From positions 1 through 64,000 of the forward strand of contig JBIIPZ010000006.1 in NCBI GenBank assembly GCA_044342325.1: a DNA stretch of 64,000 nt. The letters are read 5' to 3'. The stretch comes from Terrimicrobiaceae bacterium (GTDB taxonomy: Bacteria > Verrucomicrobiota > Verrucomicrobiia > Chthoniobacterales > Terrimicrobiaceae). Positions within the stretch are counted from its first letter, which is position 1. Every line of letters begins with the position of its first letter. Of this stretch, positions 27,056 through 36,520 are shown one piece after another. Below the pieces are notes generated by a model. It saw nothing but the letters and a program-made list of their open reading frames with translations. It made no database searches and was not told the DNA's origin. A program made the translations under genes and the position numbers.

Positions 27056-29254
27056 TCAGAGCGCGTTGTCTTTGGAGTAAAGCGCGGTATCGAGCTGCGC
27101 GGCAACTTCGGCTGCGGCCATGAGATTCGTGGCCGCGTTCTGATATCTTGCGGCGCGTCCGATAAGGTTCGTTGTGACCGAGGGATCGGCGCTCTCAGAC
27201 ATCATTTGGAGACGCGCATCGAGAACCCATGCGTCGAACTCCACAATGGCTGCGCGCAGCGGGGTGGCATCAACGGAACATGGGCGGCCTGTTGCAAAAG
27301 AGACGCCAATTTTTTCGAGGATTTCGGCAAACAACTCGCGGATTTTTTTCGTGAGCGCGAGACCGTCCTTTGCCTGGCCGGGATCGGATTCCCAGATGCG
27401 ATTCGCGGTGAAGCGATCCAGATGATCGAGGAGGTCGCAGAGGTTTTGGATTTCAGCTTCGCTGTAGACAGGGCGGACGAGATTCGCGAGGCGCAACTTG
27501 ATTTCGCCGGGCAACTGACTCAGGCGCGCGACACCTTCCAGCGACGGCGTGCCTGACACGAGAGCCTCGCGCTGGATGCGCAGCATTTCCTGAAACCGGT
27601 CGCGCATTTCCCGCTGCGGCAAAAGCGGCCAGAGCGAGCGTTGAAAAACGGCGGCAATGACGGTGCCGATCGAGATGCCGAAGAAAACATTCGCGATGGC
27701 TTGGAATGAGACGGGTTCCTGAGCGTTCAAGCCCATAGCGCCAACAAGACCCATCATCGAGATATTCATGACCGTGGAGACGCCGGCAGTCCGATAGGCC
27801 ACCTGTCCATAGACGAACATCCAAGTGAAAATCAGAATATTCAACACCGCGTAGCTCGACAGGAGCGGCGAGGCCAGTATCAGTCCGAGGCACAGAAACA
27901 GAACGCATGGGATGGCCGCCACCACCACATGCCATGCGCGTTGGTCTCCGCGACCCTCGGGGCTGATTGGAAGAAGAAAACAAAACAGCCAAGAGCAAAG
28001 CACCATCATGCTTCCGCCCGGCGGTTGCACCCAGTTCATGAGCACCATTGCGGCAATCAATGAGATGGTGGAGCGGATGCCGTTCGTGATCCAGAAGGCG
28101 GGGGGCATACCGGGAACAAGCCCACGGAGATCGAGCGCATGGCGCTTTTTTATTTTCACCGGCAACCCGTCCAAGAGATCGAGGCCGCGTGCAAGTTCCT
28201 GGTGGATTTCCTCGAGCGATAAACATTCGAGACTGATTCCCAGAATGTCATCCAGCTCGACATCCCGCGAACGGGGGTCTCGGCGCAGATCAATGATGGT
28301 TTGTTTGAGGGCCTGCATCGCGGTGTTGATGGCCAGCGATCCCTGCCGCAGCGCACCGGAGTCTTGCTTGGGAGCTCCCAGCAGGGCGAGTTGGGCTTCA
28401 ATCGCCTCCTGGACTCCAGCGAGTTGTTGGCCCGCATTTTCGAAGTAGAAGGAATTTTTCAAACCAAGTCCAGTGAGTGGCCTGATCGCGCCGTGAATCC
28501 GGCTAATGACGGAGAGAAGCTCGACATAGGTTTCGATCCTGGCGCGGAAGTAGCGACTCTCGCGTCCACCGAAGCGGAGGAGCTGCCGGAGTTGATTCAA
28601 ACGAGCCTCGATGGCTACGCCATTCGCGGGGGTGCCCGAACGGGTGGCGGAGAAAAGGTCACACAGGTCGATAAATGCACCACGCAGGCCGGTCAAAAAT
28701 TCATCGGCCGCGTATCTCGGCCAGAGCAGGCTTTGCACGAGCAGCACCGCAAGGACGCCGATGCAGACCTCCTGAATCCTCCAGATCATGAACTCCCATG
28801 ACATTCCAGGGTCTCCCATTCCGTTACTGCACACGACAACGGCCGTCATGCCACAAAGCAAGAACGCGTAGGGGTATCGCGCTTGGCCGAACATCGCGTT
28901 CGTCGCAGCGACGAACAATCCAAGCAGGCTGAGATAGATCAGCGGGTCTTGCTCGAAAGCGGCTGTGAGGAGGTAGCCGACAAGGCCGCCAATGATAGTG
29001 CCAACAATTCGAAGAATCGATTTTTCCTCAATCGCGCCGATGTATTGCGCCACCATCAGCACAAAGACAGTGAAAAGCGCCCAAGTGGGCTCATGGCTTT
29101 TATTAAAGAGAGCAGCAAAAACCGCGAGTATCCCGGCAATGCCGAATTTCACGCTGAAGCGGAACGCTCCATCGCGCGGCAATGCTGTGATGGCTTTCCA
29201 AAACAAGCCCGGCGCGGACGAGGGCTGTGCAGTGGATTCGGCAGTGGCGTTCAT
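27056..29254 (-). CDS. FUSC (fusaric acid resistance/AaeB-like) membrane protein
   Basis: Two hydrophobic blocks; motifs WALFTVFVLM, KSILRIVGTIIGG, YAFLLCG and LLWP. Confidence 0.85.
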   Translation of the reverse strand: MNATAESTAQPSSAPGLFWKAITALPRDGAFRFSVKFGIAGILAVFAALFNKSHEPTWALFTVFVLMVAQYIGAIEEKSILRIVGTIIGGLVGYLLTAAFEQDPLIYLSLLGLFVAATNAMFGQARYPYAFLLCGMTAVVVCSNGMGDPGMSWEFMIWRIQEVCIGVLAVLLVQSLLWPRYAADEFLTGLRGAFIDLCDLFSATRSGTPANGVAIEARLNQLRQLLRFGGRESRYFRARIETYVELLSVISRIHGAIRPLTGLGLKNSFYFENAGQQLAGVQEAIEAQLALLGAPKQDSGALRQGSLAINTAMQALKQTIIDLRRDPRSRDVELDDILGISLECLSLEEIHQELARGLDLLDGLPVKIKKRHALDLRGLVPGMPPAFWITNGIRSTISLIAAMVLMNWVQPPGGSMMVLCSWLFCFLLPISPEGRGDQRAWHVVVAAIPCVLFLCLGLILASPLLSSYAVLNILIFTWMFVYGQVAYRTAGVSTVMNISMMGLVGAMGLNAQEPVSFQAIANVFFGISIGTVIAAVFQRSLWPLLPQREMRDRFQEMLRIQREALVSGTPSLEGVARLSQLPGEIKLRLANLVRPVYSEAEIQNLCDLLDHLDRFTANRIWESDPGQAKDGLALTKKIRELFAEILEKIGVSFATGRPCSVDATPLRAAIVEFDAWVLDARLQMMSESADPSVTTNLIGRAARYQNAATNLMAAAEVAAQLDTALYSKDNAL

Positions 29255-29344
29255 CGAAGAACTATGAGCTTATCCATGCCGCGCAGGCCGACAACGAAAG
29301 AAAGAACTTTACCCGCCCCGCGCTCCCGCAATGATTTCCTGCTC

Positions 29345-30865
29345 ATGAGCGAGAAACAACAAACAGCCGTCACTCCGAGGCGGGAAGAGGATTTTCCGGA
29401 ATGGTATCAACAGGTCATCCGTGCGGCGGATTTGGCCGAGAACTCCGAAGTGCGCGGTTGCATGGTCATCAAGCCCTGGGGCTACGCCCTCTGGGAGCGC
29501 ATGCAGGCTGTCCTGGATGGAATGTTCAAGGCGACCGGACACAAGAACGCGTATTTCCCGCTCTTCATTCCTCTCAGCTACCTTGAGAAGGAAGCCGCCC
29601 ATGTGGAGGGCTTCGCCAAGGAATGCGCAGTCGTGACGCACCACCGGCTTGAGGCCCGCGACGGCAAACTCGTGCCCGCCGGCGAGCTCACCGAGCCGCT
29701 GGTCGTGCGCCCGACCTCTGAGACTATCATTGGTGCCGCCTACGCCCGCTGGGTGAAATCCTGGCGCGACCTTCCAATTCTTCTCAACCAGTGGGCCAAT
29801 GTCGTCCGCTGGGAAATGCGCCCACGACTCTTTCTCCGCACCGCTGAGTTTCTTTGGCAGGAAGGTCACACGGCCCACGAAACCCGCGCCGAGGCCGAGG
29901 AGGAGACCATGAAAATGCTCCGCGTCTACGAGACCTTCGCGCGGGAGTTCCTCGCCGTGCCGGTTCTCTGCGGCGAGAAGAGTGAGGGTGAACGCTTCCC
30001 CGGCGCCGAACGCACTTATTGCATCGAGGCGATGGTGCAGGACCGCAAAGCCATCCAGGCCGGGACATCGCACTTCCTTGGTCAGAATTTTTCCAAAGCC
30101 GCCGGCATTCAGTTCCAGTCGCGCGAGGGTCAACTCGAGCACGCCTGGACGACGAGCTGGGGCGTGAGCACACGGCTCATCGGAACGCTCATCATGATGC
30201 ACTCGGATGACGATGGACTCGTCGTCCCGCCGCGCATCGCCGCCACGCATGTCGTGATTGTGCCGATCACGCCCAAGGAGGACAGCAAAGCCGCGATCCT
30301 CGAAGCCGCTGAAAATCTCGCTTCCAGCCTGCGCTCGGTGAATTTCCACGGCGCGCCGCTCGGAGTGGAGGTCGATTCCCGTGACCTCGGCGGTGGTGTC
30401 AAAAACTGGGAGTGGATCAAAAAAGGCGTGCCAATCCGCATCGAGATCGGCCCGCGCGACCTCGCGCAGGGAACAGCTGCCGTCGCCCGCCGCGACAAGG
30501 GTCCGAAGGAAAAGGAATTTCTCCCGCTCGCGGGGATCCCGCAGCGCTCCACGGCCATGCTGGAAGAAATCCAAAGCACTCTCCTACAGCGTGCCACCGA
30601 ATTCCGCGATGCCAACATGGTGAAGATCGACACGAAGGAGGACTTCTACAAATTCTTCACACCGCAAAATGCTACGAAACCCGAAATCCACGGCGGCTTC
30701 GCCCTCACACACTGGAACGGCAGCACCAAGGTCGAGGAACAAATCAAAACCGATCTCAAGGTAACCATCCGCTGCATTCCCTTCGATGAATCGCCGGAGC
30801 CAGGCACTTGTCCGTTCAGTGGCGAACCCAGCCGCCAGCGCGTGGTCTGGGCGAAGTCCTACTGA
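29345..30865 (+). CDS. proS: proline--tRNA ligase (archaeal/eukaryote-like type)
   Basis: Motifs VRGCMVIKPWGYALWE, HVEGFAKE, RPTSET, QWANVVRWE, FLWQEGHT and TSWGVSTR; C-terminus AKSY. Confidence 0.97.
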   Translation: MSEKQQTAVTPRREEDFPEWYQQVIRAADLAENSEVRGCMVIKPWGYALWERMQAVLDGMFKATGHKNAYFPLFIPLSYLEKEAAHVEGFAKECAVVTHHRLEARDGKLVPAGELTEPLVVRPTSETIIGAAYARWVKSWRDLPILLNQWANVVRWEMRPRLFLRTAEFLWQEGHTAHETRAEAEEETMKMLRVYETFAREFLAVPVLCGEKSEGERFPGAERTYCIEAMVQDRKAIQAGTSHFLGQNFSKAAGIQFQSREGQLEHAWTTSWGVSTRLIGTLIMMHSDDDGLVVPPRIAATHVVIVPITPKEDSKAAILEAAENLASSLRSVNFHGAPLGVEVDSRDLGGGVKNWEWIKKGVPIRIEIGPRDLAQGTAAVARRDKGPKEKEFLPLAGIPQRSTAMLEEIQSTLLQRATEFRDANMVKIDTKEDFYKFFTPQNATKPEIHGGFALTHWNGSTKVEEQIKTDLKVTIRCIPFDESPEPGTCPFSGEPSRQRVVWAKSY

Positions 30866-30883
30866 CGACGAGGCGTTGTTCCC

Positions 30884-32122
30884 ATGCCGCCCGACGCCAA
30901 GCCCTCTTTCCGCGAGGCGGTGAGGTTTTGGTTGAAGCTCGGGTGTATTGGATTCGGCGGCCCCGCCGGGCAGATTGCGATCATGCACCGCGAACTCGTC
31001 GAGCGGCGTCGATGGATCGCTGAATCGGATTTCTCGAAGGCGCTGGATTTTTGCATGCTCCTGCCGGGACCCGAGGCGCAACAGCTTGCGACTTGGCTTG
31101 GTTGGCGGTTGCACGGAACAAAGGGCGGCATCGTGGCAGGAACTTTGTTCGTGCTTCCGGCGGCTTTTCTTCTTCTCGGCTTGAGTTGGCTTTACATGGC
31201 GGGCGGCCATCTACCGTGGCTGGCGGATGTTTTCAGAGGTCTCGCGGCGGCAGTGGTCGCTCTCGTGTTTGCGGCTGTTCCGCGACTTGCTCGGCGGGCT
31301 CTGAAAAATTCCCTGCACTGGGTTTTGGCGGCAGCTTCGTTTTGTGCGATCTATTTTTTCAATGCCCCGTTCATCGCCATCCTTCTCGTGGCTGCGATTT
31401 CGGGTTGGATTTCGGCGAGAGGCCAGCCGTCTGCCCCGAGAAACAACGCCGTGGCATCGTCATGGCGAGGCACACTGGTGATGGCGGTTATTTGCCTGCT
31501 GCTTTGGTGGATGCCGATCGTGGGTGTGGCTGCGTGGCTGGGCTGGGACAGCACGCCCGCGCGGATGGGCCTGTTTTTCAGTCAGGCAGCGGTGGTGACA
31601 TTCGGCGGGGCCTACGCCGTGCTACCCTATGTCGCCCAGAACGCTGTCGAAACACATAGATGGTTGAGTGACGCACAAATGATTTCCGGCCTTGCTCTGG
31701 CGGAGACGACTCCGGGGCCTTTGATCATGGTGCTGCAATTCGTAGGTTTTGTGGGCGGTTGGCAAAATCCAGGGTCTCTGCCGCCAGCCACCGCTGCGGT
31801 CTTGTGCGCCGCGCTGACGACATGGGTCACTTTTCTGCCCTCGTTTCTTTTCATCTTGGTGGGCGGACCGCATATCGAAAAAGTTTTCGCCCTGCCATGG
31901 CTGTCCGGCGCTCTTTCAGGCATCACCGCCGCTGTGGTCGGCGTGGTTCTGAACCTCGCTGTGAATTTCTCGTGCCATGCCCTGTGGCCAGCCAACAGCG
32001 GAATCGATTGGTTCGTCGGCGCTCTTGCTGTTGCGGCGTTTTTTGCATTGAACCGCTTCCCCTCGGCTCTTTTGCCAGTGGTGGGATTCTGCGGTTTGGC
32101 AGGATGGCTCGGCGGGCTTTGA
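30884..32122 (+). CDS. chrA: long-chain chromate efflux transporter
   Basis: Motifs GFGGPAGQIA, LPGPEAQQ, TFGGAYAV and ETTPGP. Confidence 0.92.
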   Translation: MPPDAKPSFREAVRFWLKLGCIGFGGPAGQIAIMHRELVERRRWIAESDFSKALDFCMLLPGPEAQQLATWLGWRLHGTKGGIVAGTLFVLPAAFLLLGLSWLYMAGGHLPWLADVFRGLAAAVVALVFAAVPRLARRALKNSLHWVLAAASFCAIYFFNAPFIAILLVAAISGWISARGQPSAPRNNAVASSWRGTLVMAVICLLLWWMPIVGVAAWLGWDSTPARMGLFFSQAAVVTFGGAYAVLPYVAQNAVETHRWLSDAQMISGLALAETTPGPLIMVLQFVGFVGGWQNPGSLPPATAAVLCAALTTWVTFLPSFLFILVGGPHIEKVFALPWLSGALSGITAAVVGVVLNLAVNFSCHALWPANSGIDWFVGALAVAAFFALNRFPSALLPVVGFCGLAGWLGGL

Positions 32123-32181
32123 GGTTTCCTTCGCGTTGGTTCGTAAACACGGCCGCCAGCGCGTGCCGGCCCGAGCGAGAC

Positions 32182-32949
32182 TCAGACCTCGCTGGCGGAG
32201 ATAGTCTGCTCTGGCGGGGCGGACTCTGCCGGCGGTTCCGCGGGTGCGGGAGGTTGGATGCGGCATTCTCCGATGTGGATGCCGCCTTTTTCCACCACCA
32301 TGGCGCGCGAGGTCACTGGACCTTCCAAACACCCGCCGCTTAGGATTTGGAGGATGCCATTGCACTGGATGGGTGCGCGCAGCGTGCCTTGGATCGTGAT
32401 GCGATCAGCCTCCAGCGGCAGGGAGCAATCTATGGCGGCTCTTTTTTCCACCAGAATGGAGTCTGCCGTGATGCGCCCCGTGCAGGGCTTCTGCATATTT
32501 AAGCGAACCTCGCCCTCGCAGCGGAGGTGGCCGTTGAATGCGCCTTCGATGCGCGCCGAGCCGCAGATGATCCAAGGATTGGAAAGCGAGCCCTTGGCGC
32601 CGATTTTCAGCAGTCCCCGGGTATCAACCGCTCGCGAAGAGTGTGCGGTGATGTTCACCTCGATCAACTCGATCGGCGCGTAGCAACCTGGGCAGATCGT
32701 GCTCTGGGCTTTCTGCGAAACCTGGTGGGTCCGCCCGCATTTCAGGCAATGAACGGGCTTGCCGGCTTCCAGCTTTTTTCCTGCGAAGGAGGGAAGTTCC
32801 GTGACTCCAGATGAGCGCACCCCTTCAGCGGTGGCTAAATAGTGGGCCCCGCAGGAGCGGCAGTTTGTGGATATGAGGTGGGGAGGCTCAAGCTGCACGA
32901 AACCGCAGACCGGACACCGGAATGGTGACTTCGGCGGTGAGGTTGGCAT
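32182..32949 (-). CDS. bactofilin-domain protein with two N-terminal zinc ribbons
   Basis: CPVC..CRSC and CLKC..CPGC, then beta-helix bactofilin repeats (ARIEGAFNGHLRC, ITIQGTL, VEKGGIHIGEC). Confidence 0.75.
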   Translation of the reverse strand: MPTSPPKSPFRCPVCGFVQLEPPHLISTNCRSCGAHYLATAEGVRSSGVTELPSFAGKKLEAGKPVHCLKCGRTHQVSQKAQSTICPGCYAPIELIEVNITAHSSRAVDTRGLLKIGAKGSLSNPWIICGSARIEGAFNGHLRCEGEVRLNMQKPCTGRITADSILVEKRAAIDCSLPLEADRITIQGTLRAPIQCNGILQILSGGCLEGPVTSRAMVVEKGGIHIGECRIQPPAPAEPPAESAPPEQTISASEV

Positions 32950-32955
32950 TTGGCC

Positions 32956-33369
32956 TTAGGCCGCGTCCTCTGCGATAGAAGGTTTCGGAGCGATGCCGCG
33001 CGAAGCGTTCTTCGAGGGGGTCACCTCGGAGTGGCCGATGAAGGTTGCGCCTTCCTCGATGATGATGCGCATAGCCTTGAGGTCGCCGAGGAGTTCGGCA
33101 TTGGATTTCAATTCGCAGCGCTCTTGGACGGTCACATTGCCATTTACCGTGCCGTGGATGATGACAGTCTTGGTGCGGACATCGCCTTTGATCACGGCGT
33201 TTTTGCCGAGGGTGAGAACGCCTTCGGAGATGATTTCGCCGTCGAGTTTGCCGTCGAAAATCATTTCGCTGTCGAATTTCAAAGTTCCTGTCAGTTCAAC
33301 ATCACTGGTGAGGATGTTTTTGGATGTGGAGGGTTCTGAGACGAGAGAAGTGATGTTGTTGAGGTTCAT
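32956..33369 (-). CDS. bactofilin (polymer-forming cytoskeletal protein)
   Basis: LTGTLKF...FDGKLDGEI...IKGDV..VIIHGTVNGNV...IIIEEGATFIG. Confidence 0.92.
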   Translation of the reverse strand: MNLNNITSLVSEPSTSKNILTSDVELTGTLKFDSEMIFDGKLDGEIISEGVLTLGKNAVIKGDVRTKTVIIHGTVNGNVTVQERCELKSNAELLGDLKAMRIIIEEGATFIGHSEVTPSKNASRGIAPKPSIAEDAA

Positions 33370-33546
33370 GTTGCGAGGCAGGCTACACACTTTTTCGCGC
33401 AGTGGTCAATGTCATGAGCATTTGAAAAGCGGGCCATTTTTTGATTATGGGGTGCGAAAGTTGTTTGTTGACGCATGGCGAGGCGAACCGATACTTTGCC
33501 CCGCTCGCGCGACTGCGTGAGCACAGAAAACAAACAATTCTTTTTC

Positions 33547-34710
33547 ATGGAAACAGCGACCAGACTTCAACAACTCACACCATCCCTCACGCTTGCCGTT
33601 GACAGCAAGGCCAAGGCCATGAAAGCCGAAGGCATCGAAGTCTACGGCTTCGGCGCTGGAGAGCCCGACATGGACACTCCGGAACACATCAAGGCGGCCG
33701 CCATCAAGGCCCTCCAAGATGGTCGCACCAAATACACCCCCAGCTCTGGCATTCCTGAACTCCGCCAGGCGATTTCCCAAAAATTTCTCAAAGACAACGG
33801 CCTCGATTACAAGCCCAGCCAAGTGGTTGTGAGCAGCGGCGCCAAGCACTCGTGTTTCAATGCCATCGCTGCCGTCGTGAACGAAGGCGACGAGGTGATC
33901 ATTCCCGCCCCCTACTGGCTGAGCTATCCTGAGATGGTTCGCCTTGTCGGTGGAGAGCCCGTTTTTGTTCAGACAACCCAGGAGAACAATTGGAAGATCA
34001 CGGCCGAGGATTTCGAAAACGCCATGTCGCCCCGGACAAAGATGATCATCATCAATTCGCCCGGCAATCCGACCGGATCCATCTACACCCGTGAGGAGCT
34101 CAAGGCTCTTGCCGAAGTCGCCGCCGAGGAGGACATCTTCATCCTCTCCGACGAAATTTACGAAAAACTCACTTACGATGGTGCCGAGCATATCAGCATT
34201 GCCTCGATCTCTCCGGAAGCCTACGACCTCACGATCACAGTCAACGGCTTCAGCAAGGCCTATTCCATGACTGGATGGCGCCTCGGCTACTTGGCCGCTC
34301 CAGAGCCAATCGCCCGCGCGATTGATTCCATGCAAAGTCACATGACATCAAACCCTTGCTCATTCGCTCAATACGGCGGCCTCGCAGCCCTCACTGGCGA
34401 TCAGCAATGCGTGAATGACATGCGTGACGAGTTCGATATCCGCCGTCAATACATGTTCGAGCGTCTCACGCAGATTTCCGGCATCTCAGCCGTCCGTCCA
34501 CAGGGTGCATTCTATGTTTTGGCAAACATCAGCGCCCTCGGCCTAAAATCCCAAAACTTTGCCGATCGTCTTCTAACAAAAGCCAATGTGGCGATCGTTC
34601 CCGGCATCGCCTTCGGTGACGACCGCACGGTGCGTCTCAGCTACGCCACGAGCCTCGATGTGATCAAATCCGGCCTCGATCGTATCGAAGAGTTCTGCAA
34701 GACACTCTAA
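33547..34710 (+). CDS. aspartate aminotransferase (PLP-dependent, class I)
   Basis: Motifs GAGEPD, NSPGNPTG, SDEIY and GFSKAYSMTGWRLG. Confidence 0.95.
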   Translation: METATRLQQLTPSLTLAVDSKAKAMKAEGIEVYGFGAGEPDMDTPEHIKAAAIKALQDGRTKYTPSSGIPELRQAISQKFLKDNGLDYKPSQVVVSSGAKHSCFNAIAAVVNEGDEVIIPAPYWLSYPEMVRLVGGEPVFVQTTQENNWKITAEDFENAMSPRTKMIIINSPGNPTGSIYTREELKALAEVAAEEDIFILSDEIYEKLTYDGAEHISIASISPEAYDLTITVNGFSKAYSMTGWRLGYLAAPEPIARAIDSMQSHMTSNPCSFAQYGGLAALTGDQQCVNDMRDEFDIRRQYMFERLTQISGISAVRPQGAFYVLANISALGLKSQNFADRLLTKANVAIVPGIAFGDDRTVRLSYATSLDVIKSGLDRIEEFCKTL

Positions 34711-34725
34711 GAATCTGGCATTTAA

Positions 34726-34763
34726 AAAAACAGGGCGCTACGATTTTCGGGCGCCCTGTTTTT
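34726..34763. terminator. bidirectional intrinsic terminator between the aminotransferase and rarA
   Basis: AAAAACAGGGCGC-N12-GCGCCCTGTTTTT between convergent genes. Confidence 0.8.
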
Positions 34764-36081
34764 GTTGGGACTCGAAAAGGAATCGCCAGTGGTCGAGGCG
34801 CTCCTTAATGCGCTTCTCGAGTCCGTTTTCCGTGGGAGTATAAAATCTTCGCCCCTCGGGCAGGTAGGCTTGAGGCACATAGGATCCCTGGAAATCGTGG
34901 CTGTAAAGATAGCCCTTTCCGTGCCCGAGCCGCTCCGAGCCTTTGTAGTGCCCATCGCGCAAATGTTCCGGCACGGCCAGCGTCCTCCCTTCCCGCACTT
35001 CGGCGGAAGCCTGGCCGATCGCCAGGGTCGCGCTGTTGCTCTTCGGCGCGGTGGCCAAATAGAGCGTCGCATGGGCAAGAAGTAAATTCGCTTCGGGCAG
35101 CCCGATAAACTCGACTGCCTGCGCCGCAGCCTGCGCGACCAGCAACGCGTTGGAATCCGCCAACCCAATATCCTCGCTGGCGCAAATAACCAGCCGCCGC
35201 GTGATGAATCGCACCTCCTCGCCGGCGTGAAGCATTTTCGCCAACCAGTAAATGGCGGCGTCCGGATCGCTTCCGCGAATGCTTTTAATAAAAGCGCTGA
35301 TGGTGTCGTAATGGTCATCCCCCGTGCCGTCATAGACCACGGCTTTTTTCTGGATGCTTTCCTGCGCTGCCGTGAGATCAATCTGGACGGAGCCATCTTC
35401 CAACGGCGGCGTCGTAAGGGCGGCAATCTCCAGAGCGTTCAGGCATTTCCGCGCGTCCCCGTCACTCAGCTTGGCAAGAAACGCGGCGGCATCCGACGCA
35501 ATCCGAACACGCATCCTGCCCAAACCACGATCCACATCGCCAAGCGCACGCTCGATCAAAACCAAAAGATCGCTTTCCGCCAGCGGCCGAAGCTCAAAAA
35601 TCTGCGAGCGGGAAATCAACGCGCTGTTGATGCTGAAAAACGGATTCTGCGTCGTCGCCCCAATGAGCCGCACCACGCCATTCTCGACTTCTGGCAGCAA
35701 CACGTCCTGCTGGGCCTTGTTGAACCGGTGAATCTCATCCACAAAGAGAATCGTCCGCCCGCCATTTCCACGCCGGGATGCCGCAGCTGCAACCACACGG
35801 CGGATATCCGCAACATTGCTCTCCACCCCGCTCAAGCGCTCGAACCGCGATGCCGTCGCCCCCGCGATGACCTGCGCCAGCGTTGTTTTGCCGGTTCCGG
35901 GCGGCCCGAAAAGGATCAGCGAGGAAATGCGATCCGCCTCGATCGCACGCCGCAGAAGTTTGCCCGGCGCGAGAAGATGCTGCTGCCCGCAATACTCGTC
36001 CAGCGTGCACGGACGCATTCGCGTGGCCAGCGGCGCATCCGACGGAACATCGGGTCGTTCATTGGAAAAAAAGTCATCCAC
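34738..36081 (-). CDS. rarA: replication-associated recombination protein A
   Basis: Motifs PLATRMRP, GPPGTGKTT, DEIHRFNKAQQD, ISAFIKSIRGSD and SEDIGLAD. GTG start is inferred. Confidence 0.95.
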   Translation of the reverse strand: MDDFFSNERPDVPSDAPLATRMRPCTLDEYCGQQHLLAPGKLLRRAIEADRISSLILFGPPGTGKTTLAQVIAGATASRFERLSGVESNVADIRRVVAAAASRRGNGGRTILFVDEIHRFNKAQQDVLLPEVENGVVRLIGATTQNPFFSINSALISRSQIFELRPLAESDLLVLIERALGDVDRGLGRMRVRIASDAAAFLAKLSDGDARKCLNALEIAALTTPPLEDGSVQIDLTAAQESIQKKAVVYDGTGDDHYDTISAFIKSIRGSDPDAAIYWLAKMLHAGEEVRFITRRLVICASEDIGLADSNALLVAQAAAQAVEFIGLPEANLLLAHATLYLATAPKSNSATLAIGQASAEVREGRTLAVPEHLRDGHYKGSERLGHGKGYLYSHDFQGSYVPQAYLPEGRRFYTPTENGLEKRIKERLDHWRFLFESQQKQGARKS

Positions 36082-36239
36082 TATGCTCAATATCCTCCTG
36101 CAATCACGCTGCCCCTCCAATGAAAAATCCCAGCCCAATTCGAAATATTGAACATCCTCCGCTCGGCTCTGTCAGAAGCATTCCACGAATAAGATTTGAC
36201 AACTTATCCGTTTTACTCCCCAATTACTCACAGAGATCA

Positions 36240-36470
36240 ATGAATCCTCCTCAAACAGAATCGACAGATTTAGTAACAAACTCAGTGCTTTATAAAGAAT
36301 TCCTCGCCGAACGAGATGAAATCTTGCGCCACAAATGGATCGAAAGCGAAAAGATCGGCCGCGATATTGGATTTGAAAAAGCCCTGCTCGACTGGATTTT
36401 AAAATATCGCTCCAGTTGGAGAAGCAACCGGGCAAAATCACTCAAAGAGCAAAACACGGCTCCAGCCTGA
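36240..36470 (+). CDS. small conserved protein (DUF4032-like)
   Basis: LYKEFLAERDEILRHKWIESEKIGRDIGFEKALLDW. The family name is recalled, not searched. Confidence 0.75.
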   Translation: MNPPQTESTDLVTNSVLYKEFLAERDEILRHKWIESEKIGRDIGFEKALLDWILKYRSSWRSNRAKSLKEQNTAPA

Positions 36471-36486
36471 AAACCCAACAGCCTGC

Positions 36487-36517
36487 CCTTTAAGGCGGTC
36501 CCGCGAGGCCGCGAAGG
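36487..36517 (+). promoter_or_regulatory. PyrR binding loop RNA
   Basis: CCUUUAA-GGC-GGUCCCGCGAGGCC-GC-GAAGG resembles the CUUUAA...RGUCCnGnGAGGCY...AAG PyrR site and lies immediately 5' of pyrR. Confidence 0.8.
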
Positions 36518-36520
36518 AAA

